Assembly: GCA_963777605.1 (NCBI GenBank) | Contig: CAVZRV010000031.1 | Coordinates: 384,001 to 448,000 of the forward strand | DNA: 64,000 bases | Origin: an uncultured Acidobacteriota bacterium | Lineage (GTDB): Bacteria; Acidobacteriota; UBA6911; RPQK01; JAPXNP01 | Reading direction: 5' to 3' | In this document: one piece after another, positions 9,727 to 20,332 of the stretch | Layout: every line of letters begins with the position of its first letter | Position numbering within the stretch: the stretch's first letter is position 1 | The notes under the pieces: generated by a model | The model's database searches: none | The model's input: the letters and a program-made list of their open reading frames with translations, nothing else | Told to the model about the DNA's origin: nothing | Made by a program: the position numbers and the translations under genes

Positions 9727-11118
9727 TTGTCAGGAAGGATCAGTTCAAGCCGTACCAATCGGGCCTTCGTCACCCTGTCACTGCTCTTCATCGTGCCGTC
9801 GCTGATGGCTCAGGAGAACCTGGGGAACGAGACTGTCCGGAGACTGCAGGAATACATTCAGGTTGACACGACCAACCCTCCCGGTAACGAGACCAGGGCC
9901 GTCGAATTCTTTGCCCGCCTCCTCGACCAGGAAGGGATTCCCTACCAGACCGCCAAGTCTGCCCCGGGCCGGGGGATTATCTGGTCCCGCCTCAAGGGTG
10001 GTGACAAACCGGCGCTGATTCTGCTCAATCACTCCGACGTCGTCCCGGCCGACAGGCAGTACTGGGACGTCGACCCCTTATCCGGCGAAATTCGTAACGG
10101 TTACCTCTACGGACGCGGAGCCCTGGACATGAAGGACATGGGGATGATGGAGTTTCAGTCCTTCGTGGCCCTTCACCGGGCGGGGAAGCCTCTCAACCGG
10201 GACGTCATTTTCCTGGCAACCGGTGACGAGGAAGCCGGAGGCCTCTACGGAGCGGGCTGGATGGCAAAAAACCACCCGGAGGTCTTCGAGAATGCCGGCT
10301 ATCTCCTCAACGAAGGAGGGGGAGCCCAACGCTCGGGGAATCATCTAGTCATGGGAATCGAGGTAACCCAGAAAGTTCCTCTCTGGCTTCGGATCAAGAG
10401 TACCGGCGAACCGGGGCACGGATCCCGCCCCCTGCTTGAGTCGTCAGTGAACCGCCTGGTCAAGGCTCTGTACCGAATCCAGAACTATGGGTTCCAGCCC
10501 CGGATCGTCCCCACCGTGGACCAGTTCTTCAAGGGGATCTCAGTCACTCGCGAGGGCGTCCGGCGGGAGCAATTCGCCAACATTCGCCAAGCGATTCAGG
10601 ACCCCGATTTCCTGCTCGAGTTGCAGATTGAAGACCCGACACTGAACTCCCTGACCCGGAACACCTGTTCCCTGACCCGGCTTCAGGGAAGCAGCAAGAT
10701 CAATGTGGTTCCCCCTGAGGCCCAGGGAGAACTCGACTGTCGCCTGCTGCCGGACCAGGATCCCGATGAATTCATCACGCTTCTGACCACGATCATCAAC
10801 GACCCCAAGGTCGAGATTGAAAAACTCATGAGTTTCAGCCCTGCCGTTTCGTCCACAGACACGGAACTGTTCAAGGACATCACGGCGGTTATGAAAGAGC
10901 GTCACCCGGACGCGATCGTGACGCCGTCCGTAACAACGGGCTTTACCGACAGTCACTTCTTCAGGGACCTGGGGATCTCCTGCTACGGTTTCAACCCGGC
11001 CATCATCCCCGATGAATTACAGGGGACGGTCCACGGCAACAACGAACGGGTGCCGGTTGAAAGCGTGAAGCAGGGAGTGTCGGATCTCCTGGAGATCGTC
11101 GAGCGGTTTGTATATTAG
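9727..11118 (+). CDS. M20/M25/M40 metallopeptidase, secreted
   Basis: LLNHSDVVPAD, YGRGALDMK, GDEEAGG, NEGG, GHGS, GFTDSH, HGNNER. Confidence 0.93.
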   Translation: MSGRISSSRTNRAFVTLSLLFIVPSLMAQENLGNETVRRLQEYIQVDTTNPPGNETRAVEFFARLLDQEGIPYQTAKSAPGRGIIWSRLKGGDKPALILLNHSDVVPADRQYWDVDPLSGEIRNGYLYGRGALDMKDMGMMEFQSFVALHRAGKPLNRDVIFLATGDEEAGGLYGAGWMAKNHPEVFENAGYLLNEGGGAQRSGNHLVMGIEVTQKVPLWLRIKSTGEPGHGSRPLLESSVNRLVKALYRIQNYGFQPRIVPTVDQFFKGISVTREGVRREQFANIRQAIQDPDFLLELQIEDPTLNSLTRNTCSLTRLQGSSKINVVPPEAQGELDCRLLPDQDPDEFITLLTTIINDPKVEIEKLMSFSPAVSSTDTELFKDITAVMKERHPDAIVTPSVTTGFTDSHFFRDLGISCYGFNPAIIPDELQGTVHGNNERVPVESVKQGVSDLLEIVERFVY

Positions 11119-11137
11119 TGATGAGGGTGGGAAGCTC

Positions 11138-11252
11138 TGGGACTCAGGGGACCTGGGGGACTTATCGGACATGGCACCGGTTCTCCCGGGTTTTACGTCC
11201 CCTGTGTCCCATCCGGTCCTATTTGGTCCCACAGTCCCCATGGATGTCCCAT
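11138..11252. repeat. Inverted array of ~9-bp GGGAC/GTCCC units
   Basis: GGGACTCAG GGGACCTGG GGGACTTAT CGGACAT ... GTCCCCTGT GTCCCATCC GGTCCTATTT GGTCCCACA GTCCCCATG. Confidence 0.65.
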
Positions 11253-11303
11253 GGCTCGTTCCCCAGCACCCACTCTCCAATTCACAAGGTCGATTAATTC
11301 GCC

Positions 11304-13382
11304 ATGAGAAATTTGCACAAAACCAAAATCAGCCAGCTTGTCCTTATCCTCAGCCTTTTCATTGCCGGCGCCCAGGCTCAGGCTCCCCGACCGATGACCG
11401 CCCTCGACCTGCTCAACATTCCGAGCCTGAGCGACCCCCGGTTGTCTCCCGACGGCACCCATTTGCTCTGCACACTCTCTGAAGCCGACTGGGCGGAGAA
11501 CCGGCGGATCGGCCACATCTGGCGGACGTCAGTGGATTCCGGTTCCTCCATCCAGATGACGAACGGTGTGAAGGGTGAAAGCTCGGCCCGATGGTCTCCC
11601 GACGGCAACTGGATCGCCTTCCTGGCCAACCGCCAGAGCAAAGAAGGAGAGGAGAGTGAAGGAACCCAGATTTTTCTCATCAGGGGCGAGGGTGGTGAAG
11701 CTCAGCAGTTGACGAACCATGACACGGCGATCTCCTCGATCGAGTGGGCGCCGGACGGCAAGTCGATCTACTTCCTCGCTCCCGAACCCAAAACGGCGGA
11801 TGAGAAGAAAAAGGAAGAACTCAAGGATGACGTGATCACTTTTGATGAGGACTTCAAACAGACTCATCTCTGGAACATCACCCTCAAGGGCAAGACCGAA
11901 AGCCGGATCACCCAGGGCGACTTCTCGGTCATCGAATACAATCTCTCGCCTGACGGGACGCTCATCGCACATCATCGCGCCCCGTCTCCGCTATACGACG
12001 ACACCGACGAGGGCGAAGTCTGGGTCATGAACGCCGATGGCGGCAACGCCCGGCAACTGACTCACAACACGGTGGTCGAGAGGGGTGCCCGGCTCTCCCC
12101 CGACAACACGCGGGTCCTGTTCACGACGGATTCCAACGCGCAGTTCGAAACCTACTACAACGAGAACCTGTTCGTGATTCCGGCGGCAGGAGGACGGGCC
12201 CGGCTTTTGTTGCCCGAGATGCCCTACGAAGTCACCCGGGCAGTCTGGTCTGGAGACGGCGGCTCCATTTTCTTCACCGCGAACGCCGGTGTCAGGCGTG
12301 AACTCTTCCGGGTGGAACTACCCGACGAGAAGCTGCACCAACTGACCCGAGGCGATCACGCCGTAGGGAGCTACCAGTACCTTCCGAAGCTGAAGCGCCA
12401 CGTCTTTACGGTCAACAAAGCCACCAGCCCGGGTGAGGTTTACGTCCTCAACGAAAACGGGGAGAACGGTCCCCGGGCGGTCACCCACATCTTTGACGAT
12501 CTCACCAGGCGGTACCGAATTCCCCGCCAGGAGGCCGTACAGTGGAAAGGGGCGGACGGCGTAACCGTCGAAGGACTCCTCTACTATCCCCTCGACTACC
12601 AGGAAGGACACCATTATCCCCTGTGCGTCCAGACCCACGGCGGCCCCGCAGCCGCCGACTCGTTCGGCTTCGGCGGCTGGAGCAGCTACGTGCAGGTCCT
12701 GACCGGACGGGGCTGGGCCGTCTTCCGGCCGAACTACCGCGGCAGTACCGGCTACGGCGACGCCTACCTGCGCGACATGGTCGGACACTACTACCACCAG
12801 GCTCACCTCGATGTCATGACCGGCGTGGACTACCTCATCGAGCGGGGAATCGCCGACGGCGACCGGATGGTCAAGATGGGCTGGAGCGGCGGGGGACACA
12901 TGACCAACAAGATCATCACCTTCACCGATCGCTTCAAGGCCGCCGCATCGGGAGCCGGGGCCGTCAACTGGATTTCCATGTACGCGCAAAGCGACGTTCG
13001 GATCTACCGAACGCCGTGGTTCGGAGGGACACCCTGGCAGGAGGACGCTCCGATCGCTGTTTACTGGGACAACTCGCCTCTGAAAGACATCTGGAAAGTG
13101 AAAACGCCGACCATCATCCTGGTCGGCAAGGAGGACGTCCGCGTCCCGGCTCCGCAGTCGATTGAACTATACCGGGCGCTGAAATCAAATGGAGTCCCGA
13201 CACACCTCTACATTGCCCCGCGGGAACCCCACGGATGGCGGGAACTCCGTCACGAACTGTTCAAGATCAACGTTGAACTGGCCTGGTTCGAGAAATACGC
13301 GCTTGGCCGGGAATACCAGTGGGAAAAGGCTCCCGATGAGGAGTCGGAGACGGGCACGCCGGATTCCCGTTCCCCTCAATGA
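11304..13382 (+). CDS. S9 family peptidase (prolyl oligopeptidase/acylaminoacyl-peptidase-like) with PD40 propeller
   Basis: WSPDG repeats, HGGP, NYRGSTGYG, GWSGGG nucleophile, D-VRVP, EPH; signal peptide. Confidence 0.95.
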   Translation: MRNLHKTKISQLVLILSLFIAGAQAQAPRPMTALDLLNIPSLSDPRLSPDGTHLLCTLSEADWAENRRIGHIWRTSVDSGSSIQMTNGVKGESSARWSPDGNWIAFLANRQSKEGEESEGTQIFLIRGEGGEAQQLTNHDTAISSIEWAPDGKSIYFLAPEPKTADEKKKEELKDDVITFDEDFKQTHLWNITLKGKTESRITQGDFSVIEYNLSPDGTLIAHHRAPSPLYDDTDEGEVWVMNADGGNARQLTHNTVVERGARLSPDNTRVLFTTDSNAQFETYYNENLFVIPAAGGRARLLLPEMPYEVTRAVWSGDGGSIFFTANAGVRRELFRVELPDEKLHQLTRGDHAVGSYQYLPKLKRHVFTVNKATSPGEVYVLNENGENGPRAVTHIFDDLTRRYRIPRQEAVQWKGADGVTVEGLLYYPLDYQEGHHYPLCVQTHGGPAAADSFGFGGWSSYVQVLTGRGWAVFRPNYRGSTGYGDAYLRDMVGHYYHQAHLDVMTGVDYLIERGIADGDRMVKMGWSGGGHMTNKIITFTDRFKAAASGAGAVNWISMYAQSDVRIYRTPWFGGTPWQEDAPIAVYWDNSPLKDIWKVKTPTIILVGKEDVRVPAPQSIELYRALKSNGVPTHLYIAPREPHGWRELRHELFKINVELAWFEKYALGREYQWEKAPDEESETGTPDSRSPQ

Positions 13383-13492
13383 CACGCGGGCGACCGACTA
13401 TTTCTCGATCCGGTTTCTGGCGGTTTTGAGTTCATCGTTGAGGACGTCCGGCGAGCCCTGAATTCTTGGACCTCTGAAAAGTGGCGATCGCG

Positions 13493-14148
13493 CTAGGTCA
13501 CTCCGCACTGAGTCATTGCCTGCAGGAGAGGAGTCCTGCGGCAGAAATTTCGGAAATAGGATTCGATCAGCGGGGCGGAGCCGGCACCACAGCTGATAAT
13601 CGACCGGATCGCGTCTTCGACCCGGACGTCGATTGGAAAGACGTCGGATTCAGGGAGATGAACGATATACCCGGTCGTCGGATTGGGGCCGGTCGGAATG
13701 AAGGCAGTCTTCCAGCCGGACTCATGCTCGTCGGTGATAAAAGCCGTCATCAGCGCCTCCCGATCGTAGAGCCGAACGAGCGCCACCGAAGAAAACGGTG
13801 AGCGCTTGCGCCCCAGGAGTTGCATGACGGTTTCTTTGATAATCCGATACCCCGGTGCGATGGCCAGGATTCGATCTTCAAGATTCTGATGAATGAATCG
13901 TCCGACGCTGGTTCGGACCAACAATCCCCAGCGAAAAGCAGAGCGCGATGATGAGGCCGATTACCAGGCAATCGGCCAGGATTTCCGGCGCTTGCACCTG
14001 GGACACGACCACGTCGGTCAGAGGCTGGATCAGGTCGGTCGCCCAGAGAAAGAGCCACCGAAAAATCATGAACAAGCAGAAATCCCGGCAAAACCACGGT
14101 CAGTCCACCCAGAGTCATGTTCTGAAAGAAGGTCCGGAAACGTTTCAT
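13493..14148 (-). pseudogene. DUF502 membrane protein, frameshifted
   Basis: MKRFRTFFQNMTLGGLTVVLP, then (other frame) IFRWLFLWATDLIQP, then AFIPTGPNPTTGYIVHLP...VEDAIRSIISCGAG. Confidence 0.75.
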
Positions 14149-14281
14149 GGCGGTATCTCCGTCACCGGCAAGGTCGCGTTGGCATAGGCCAGGAAAAGGA
14201 TCCAGATGCCTTTTTCCCGAATCTGTGCTCCACTGGTCAAGTGAATTCCTGCAAGTCGCAGGAAAATCGAGGAGGCCTCTA

Positions 14282-15315
14282 ATGCAGCGACGCACGGCAA
14301 TTGTCATTTCAGTCCTGGGACTTGTCTTCTCCAGCCGGTGCCCTGACGGTGGTTCGGACCGGCCCGGCGATGCCCCCGATCACGCATCCCGTCATGTGGG
14401 ACACGCCTGAGGCGGACGCCATTCTGTCCGCACTGCAGGTCTTTCCCCCGAACAATCCCTGGAACCAGGATATCTCCGACCTTCCGTTGCATCCCGATTC
14501 GGCGAAAATGATCGCATCCATCGGTCCCGAGAAACACCTGGAATATAACCTGGACATGAATTTCGTCATTGTCCCGCCCGACTACCCCAGGATCCCGGTG
14601 AAAATCGTCGACTACCCGGATGAATCCGATCCGGGGCCCTATCCGATCCCCCCGGATTCTCCCATTGAGAATTGGCCGCTTGACCCGAAATGAGAACGAC
14701 GCGGCCCTTCCCCGGCCGGGTCAGTCGCTCGACGACTTTCAACGAAACGCGAAAGGGGACCGTCACCTTATCGTCGTCGACCCGATCAACGGCAAGTTCT
14801 TCGAATTCTGGCAGGCGAGGAAAACCGACTCCGGTTGGGAAGCGAGCAACGAAGCCACCTTCGACCTCGGCACCGGCGCACTGCGCCCGGAAGGCTGGAC
14901 CTCTTCGGACGCCGCCGGACTTCCGATCTTCCCTGCGATCGTCCGCTACGACGAGTGCGAGAGGGGCATGGTCAGGCACGCGATGCGGTTCACCGTGAGA
15001 AGGACTCGACGCGCCTACGTCCTCCCGGCTACCCACTGGGCCAGCCGGAGCTCCAATCCTGCCTACCCACGCATGGGCGAAAGATTTCGCCTGCGCAGCG
15101 ATTTTGATGTCTCCTCATTCCCCCCCCATGTTCAAGCGATTCTCAAAGGACTCAAGACCTACGGGATGTTCGTTGCCGACAACGGAAGCGATTGGTACAT
15201 GTCGATCGCGCCCGACCGTCGCCTGGAGGGCCTGGAGTCCCTGCGACGGGTGAAAGGCTCCGACTTCGAAGTCGTGGACACCGGAGCCCGTTCGGTCGAA
15301 GGGGCAGCTCCTTAG
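14282..15315 (+). pseudogene. Conserved secreted hypothetical protein split by two frameshifts
   Basis: MQRRTAIVISVLG, then VFPPNNPWNQDISDLPLHPDS..YPDESDPGPYPIP, then GDRHLIVVD..WTSSDAAGLPIFP..HAMRFT..PRMGERFRL..LKTYGMFVADNGSDW. Confidence 0.7.
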
Positions 15316-15663
15316 CAAGTGAATTCCCAATCATCCCCGCCCCTGCGCTGCGGAGACTATTCGCAGAACTGAAACCGGTGGAGCATCGCCAGACGAGCGC
15401 GCCAACTATAGGCGCAGGGTCATTTTCAGCCCGGCGGCCACGCCCCGGGAATCGGAGCCGAGGCGACAATGCAGCACTGAAAGTGCGATTCAGTCGCGGT
15501 TTCGGACTGTTTCAGGCCAAACCGGAAATCAAGAATCCTGGATTGAGAATGTTCGCTTCCGCCGGGCAAGCTGCCCGGCCGCCATATCAGGCAGGGCTTC
15601 CTGGATTACTCTCCCTCCAGGAACGAGGAACCAGGAACTCAACCAAATTGAAGTTTCAAGTCA
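15313..15663 (+). repeat. Dispersed hairpin-rich intergenic element, copy 2
   Basis: Homologous to 4748-5075 (inverted) and 52116-52418; between convergent genes. Confidence 0.9.
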
Positions 15664-15718
15664 AACTTGATGACGTTCCCTCTCTCGATCGTCAACGTAC
15701 CGGCGAATTTCGAAAGAC

Positions 15719-17116
15719 TCAATCGGCTTTCTTCTCGAGTTCGATTCGGATTACCGTGTCGAGATCGCTGGGAAGCGGGAAGGTCTGGTACGTCGGGGCC
15801 TTGACGTTGACAAAGAAGTTGCCGGCTCCCTCGTTTCCCCACCAGCGGGTCGAGGTCGGCACTTCCGAACCGTCCATCAGGAGAGTGACCATTCCGGTCC
15901 GACCGGCTGCGCCGGCGACGTTGATCGGTCCGATCCAGGGATACATCCAGTGGGCGTACAGGATCTTTCCGTTCTGGGTGTAACGGCCCCAATCCGGTTT
16001 GGAGAGTTCAGCAGCACCGCAACCTTGGATGCTCTCCCGGTGGGTGTTCATCCACTCGCCCACCCTGGTAAGGATTCGAATCGACGGGTCGGGGATTCTC
16101 CCCCGGGCATCCGGCCCTACGTTGAGAAGCAGGTTTCCGCTTTTGCTGACGCAATTCACCAGGGCCTGGACGACCGTCGCCGGGCTTTTCCAATCGTCGT
16201 CGGCCGCCGCGTATCCCCAGTTGTTGTTCAAGGTCAGACAGGTCTCCCACGGGATTGGGTTGCCGTACTTGTCTTTGAGAGGAGCTTCCGGGATCCCCTG
16301 CTCGGGCGTCTCAAAATCGCCGTAACCGGACAACTCCCGTCCCGCTGTGCTCACCCCCGGATTCACCGAAAGCCGGTTGTCCAGAATGATCTGGGGCTGA
16401 TGACTCTTGACCATTTTCACCAACTCAGTGGCGCCCCATTTCTCTCCTGAATATTCGCCAAAGGAATAGTCGAACCACATGATGTCGAGGCGGCCATAGC
16501 GGGTCACCAGTTCCTCGACCTGATTGTGCATGTACTCCAGGTAATTGTCCCAGTCGTAGGACTTTTGGCTCCACTCCTTGTTGTCCCGCATGGGGTGATT
16601 CCCAACGTTCGGGTAATCGGGATGGTGCCAATCGATCAGCGAGTAATAGAGGCCGACTTTCAGTCCCTCGGCACGAAACGCGTCCAGAAACTCCTGAACC
16701 AGGTCCCGGCCCGGCATGATGGTTCCGATGTCATAGTCGGTATACTTGCTGTCGAACATGCAGAAACCGTCGTGGTGCTTGGCGGTCATCACGGCGTACT
16801 TCATGCCGGCGGCCTTGGCCAGTCGCGCCCAGGCCCGGGGATCGTAGTCCACCGGATTGAAGGCGTCAACGTACTTCTGGTACTCCTCGGTCGTCAGGCG
16901 CTCGTTGGATTTCACCCACTCGCCGCGGGCCGGCACAGCGTAGGCCCCAAAATGAATAAACATGCCGAAGCGCGCTTCGCGCCACCAGGCGGTTCTCTCC
17001 ATCTTGTCGCGATACATGGCCATGTACTCTTCGGAGGGCTGCTCCTGGGCAAGGCCGGTGCTCATGGCGGTCAGAAACAGGGTAAGTCCGAGGGTGGCAA
17101 GAATGAAACGTCTCAT
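15719..17116 (-). CDS. Alpha-L-fucosidase (GH29)
   Basis: WWREARFGMFIHFG, AGMKYAVMTAKHHDGF, YYSLIDWHHP, MWFD, WETCLTLNNNWGY, GNLLLNVGP; signal peptide from MRRFIL. Confidence 0.95.
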   Translation of the reverse strand: MRRFILATLGLTLFLTAMSTGLAQEQPSEEYMAMYRDKMERTAWWREARFGMFIHFGAYAVPARGEWVKSNERLTTEEYQKYVDAFNPVDYDPRAWARLAKAAGMKYAVMTAKHHDGFCMFDSKYTDYDIGTIMPGRDLVQEFLDAFRAEGLKVGLYYSLIDWHHPDYPNVGNHPMRDNKEWSQKSYDWDNYLEYMHNQVEELVTRYGRLDIMWFDYSFGEYSGEKWGATELVKMVKSHQPQIILDNRLSVNPGVSTAGRELSGYGDFETPEQGIPEAPLKDKYGNPIPWETCLTLNNNWGYAAADDDWKSPATVVQALVNCVSKSGNLLLNVGPDARGRIPDPSIRILTRVGEWMNTHRESIQGCGAAELSKPDWGRYTQNGKILYAHWMYPWIGPINVAGAAGRTGMVTLLMDGSEVPTSTRWWGNEGAGNFFVNVKAPTYQTFPLPSDLDTVIRIELEKKAD

Positions 17117-17466
17117 GGTTGCACTTCCTTTTCGCCCACACGCCCGGGGCTGATCGGCTGCCCGGGTCTCCAAACATCCCATACTCGAGAGTACCGGCCC
17201 CATTCGCTGCAGGACAGTCAATTCAGGAATGTCCGGCTCCCCGATCCGGATTCTATTTGCCGCCATATTGAGAATCAACCCGGTTGTGGGCAGCTGGCCT
17301 ACAGTTTGAGGAACTGGGGTGACTTGAACCTTGGATCTGGATGGGCTGGAGAATCTGGAAGAGCCGGATGTCTCTGGATAGAAGTCAGGGTGATCGTGAG
17401 AACTCAGAAGCCTTGGTTCTCGGCAGGATTCCGGACACCCGGATTTCTGAACGCGGGTTACTTCCT

Positions 17467-17498
17467 GCCAGCGTGCCGGAAGACTCCGACACGCTGGC
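17467..17498. repeat. Strong GC hairpin in a long divergent intergenic region
   Basis: GCCAGCGTGCCGGA-AGAC-TCCGACACGCTGGC. Confidence 0.55.
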
Positions 17499-17951
17499 TC
17501 CCTAAGGGGGCGCCTATGTGATTGTCAGCGAGCGCGGCTGCGGCCGTTCGCACGTCACCAGAAGTAATGCCGGAGGCCGGAGCCTTCGGGATGGAGACAA
17601 GATCCAGGACTGGCAATGGCTGAGCTTCCGCAGTCGCGCCCTTGACTCGGGGGCGCCCAATGGGTCCGTTCGCGTTCTGAATGCCCACCAATCGCGTTTT
17701 TGGTTCGAAGTCGCGGGCAGTTTTCCTCGCTGAATGATCCGCGGCGACCGCGGGGGCGGAGCTGACTTGATTCCGACAGAATGCCGCAATATAGTCAGCG
17801 ATTGCGCCCCGCAATCAAGGAGAATCCGGCTCCCGCGCTCCCGCCGGACTTCGGCGGAGCCGACGGGTGCATTTTCCTACCGGTCAGGTTACCCGGAATA
17901 CAGGATCTGGATCGCGAAATCGAACAGCGTTGGGAGTTCAGGGACAAGTTC

Positions 17952-19064
17952 ATGGAATCTGAAATCGTCAATGTGCCTTCTGGTCGAGTCGTCTCCATCG
18001 ATGCTCTTCGGGGCTTCGACATGTTTTGGATCATTGGTGGGGACGCCTTCTTCCGTGCTCTCTTCAAACTGATCGATACCTCCTGGTCTCGAACCCTTTT
18101 CGATCAACTGGAACACACGAAATGGAACGGTTTCACGTTTTATGACCTGATCTTTCCGCTGTTCCTGTTCATTGTCGGCGCGGCGATGCCGTTCGCCATC
18201 AGCAAGCGCCTCCAGAGAGGGGACAGCAGGCGAGAACTCTACATTCACATCATAAAGAGGGTCCTGACCCTTTTTGCCTTAGGCCTGGTCTACAACCACA
18301 TCCTTGATCTCGACTTTGCCCATTTTCGATGGGCCGGGGTGCTGCAACGCATCGCGCTCTGCTATCTCTTTGCGGCCATGATCTTCATGTGGCTGAAAAT
18401 CCGCGGCCAGGCGATTACCGTCGGGGTCATCCTGGTCTCATACTGGATCATCATGATGGTGGTGCCGGTGCCGGGAGTGGGCGCCGGAGTCTGGACTCCC
18501 GAGGGGAACCTGTCGGCTTACATCGACCGACTGATTCTCCCGGGCCGCTTCTGCTGTTACACCTTCGGCGACAACGAGGGTATCCTGAGCACCCTCCCGG
18601 CGATTGCGACCACCCTCCTTGGAGGCCTCGCCGGACACCTGCTCCGGAGCGCCCTCGAGCAACGAAAAAAAATCCTCGGCCTGGTCGCGGCGGGCGGTTC
18701 AAGCCTGGTTCTCGCCCTGATCTGGGGAACCCTGTTTCCGATCAACAAGCTGCTCTGGACCAGTTCCTACGTCCTCTTCGCGGCGGGTTGGAGCTTCCTG
18801 CTGCTGGCACTCTTCTACTGGCTGGTCGATGTCCGCGGACACCAGAAGTGGGTTTTCCCATTCATCATCATCGGCTTGAACCCGATCACGATCTACGTCT
18901 TGCAGAGTGTCTTTGATTTCGGGACCATCGCCAATATCTTCGTCCACGGGTTCATCGACGACATGGGCGCGTTCAAACCGGTCTTCTGGGTAGCGTGTAT
19001 CCTGGCGGTCAAGTGGCTGTTCCTCTACTTCCTCTACCGCCAGAAGATCTTCCTGAAGGCCTGA
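17952..19064 (+). CDS. DUF5009/HGSNAT-like membrane acyltransferase
   Basis: SIDALRGFDMFWI, H..WNGFTFYDLIFPLFLFIVG, GVLQRIA, EGILST, PINKLLWTSSY. Confidence 0.9.
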   Translation: MESEIVNVPSGRVVSIDALRGFDMFWIIGGDAFFRALFKLIDTSWSRTLFDQLEHTKWNGFTFYDLIFPLFLFIVGAAMPFAISKRLQRGDSRRELYIHIIKRVLTLFALGLVYNHILDLDFAHFRWAGVLQRIALCYLFAAMIFMWLKIRGQAITVGVILVSYWIIMMVVPVPGVGAGVWTPEGNLSAYIDRLILPGRFCCYTFGDNEGILSTLPAIATTLLGGLAGHLLRSALEQRKKILGLVAAGGSSLVLALIWGTLFPINKLLWTSSYVLFAAGWSFLLLALFYWLVDVRGHQKWVFPFIIIGLNPITIYVLQSVFDFGTIANIFVHGFIDDMGAFKPVFWVACILAVKWLFLYFLYRQKIFLKA

Positions 19065-19979
19065 TCAACGGACCAGTGTCGTGGAGAACTTGACCCGGGT
19101 AAACCGTTCTGGAAGGTGGTTGTCGCGGTCTCCGATGCGTCCCCAGGACCACGCCGGGCTGGCGACTCCGCTCCCGACGGGTAGTTTCTCGAAGCGACCG
19201 AAGAAGATCCTCCACACATCTCCGTTGGAAGGCGGGAGAGAGCGCCCTCCCGCCAGGTGTTTCATGCCCGACCAGGGGAAAGCGATTTCAACGGTCCAGC
19301 CATGGTCGACGTCGGCGTTGATGTTGAGAGTCCCGTTGATCTGAACGGAGGTCTTCAGACCGGGAAAGTCCCAGGCCGGAAACGCCCACCGAACTCCGCG
19401 CGGGTGGGTTCCGCGCCAGAAAGTCTCCACTCCCCGATCGTGGTTCCCCCCAAAAGTGAAAGCGTCTTTTGAATAGACGTCGAATTCGGGGATGTCGAAC
19501 CTCTCCAGATAGGCGTCCTTCCAGATGAAGAACACTTCGTAAAGCGTGTTGAGCGCGTTGATCTCGAACTCGTAGTAGGAGTCAATGCCGTCGATGAAGA
19601 CCTCTACATCGTTCTCGCGGAAGATCGTCGCGTCGCGCTCGGTTACTTTCCCCGATACGAAGGGCTCGTCAACCCAGAAGGCAACGTAAAGGTTTTCGTC
19701 GTCCCAGACGGCGGCTGCCCGGGTGTCAAAGAATCCGGGCAAGCCGTTGATCATATCCACGAACCGGGGAGACTTTCGAACCTGCTGCCAGACCGGCTCA
19801 TCCAACGTGCCATCGACGCTGATCGGCCTGTCGGTCCGGAGACAGGTATAGTGCTCGAGTTCACTCTCTGTCCAGTCGGGAACGGAACCCAAGTCCTGAC
19901 CGTGGAGGGCTGAAGCGGCCCCTACCCCAATAACCACCAGGAGAAACATGCCTGCTGTATGTTTCCAGCCCATGCTCAT
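19065..19979 (-). CDS. Carbohydrate-binding family 9-like (DOMON-type) secreted protein
   Basis: VDGTLDEPVW, WDDENLYVAF, NDVEVFID, YYEFEINALNT, WTVEIAFPW. Confidence 0.8.
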   Translation of the reverse strand: MSMGWKHTAGMFLLVVIGVGAASALHGQDLGSVPDWTESELEHYTCLRTDRPISVDGTLDEPVWQQVRKSPRFVDMINGLPGFFDTRAAAVWDDENLYVAFWVDEPFVSGKVTERDATIFRENDVEVFIDGIDSYYEFEINALNTLYEVFFIWKDAYLERFDIPEFDVYSKDAFTFGGNHDRGVETFWRGTHPRGVRWAFPAWDFPGLKTSVQINGTLNINADVDHGWTVEIAFPWSGMKHLAGGRSLPPSNGDVWRIFFGRFEKLPVGSGVASPAWSWGRIGDRDNHLPERFTRVKFSTTLVR

Positions 19980-20332
19980 GACCAACCCCCTCTCATCCGG
20001 TGCCGTGACATCAGAAATCGGAAAGCGTGAACCGCAGCGTGTCCTGCCCAAATTCGGATGGAGAACCGCCTCTCTGGATTGTCTCTGCGTCCTTGCTCCC
20101 ATATCCTCATTTCGCTTCCCCTCCCTCCAAACGGCGCCTTTTCCACTTTCTTCACGCGGTCTCTTCGCACTTTTTTCCGCACGTTCGTTAATGTTAGATG
20201 GGGTTAGGGGTTTGGCCTCCGCCAGAGGCTTTGCCCGGGGGTTTCGTGCGCCCGCCGACAGATTCGGCGCGAAGAGACGAGTCAGATTTGGCTCCGATGG
20301 CGATATCGGCAACACACCCCGCCGGTCGAAAA

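Noticed and set aside
14680-14700. TGA at 14691-14693 as possible selenocysteine or readthrough
   Set aside because: The protein continues in a different frame (..WP-LTRNEND), consistent with a one-base indel and not in-frame recoding
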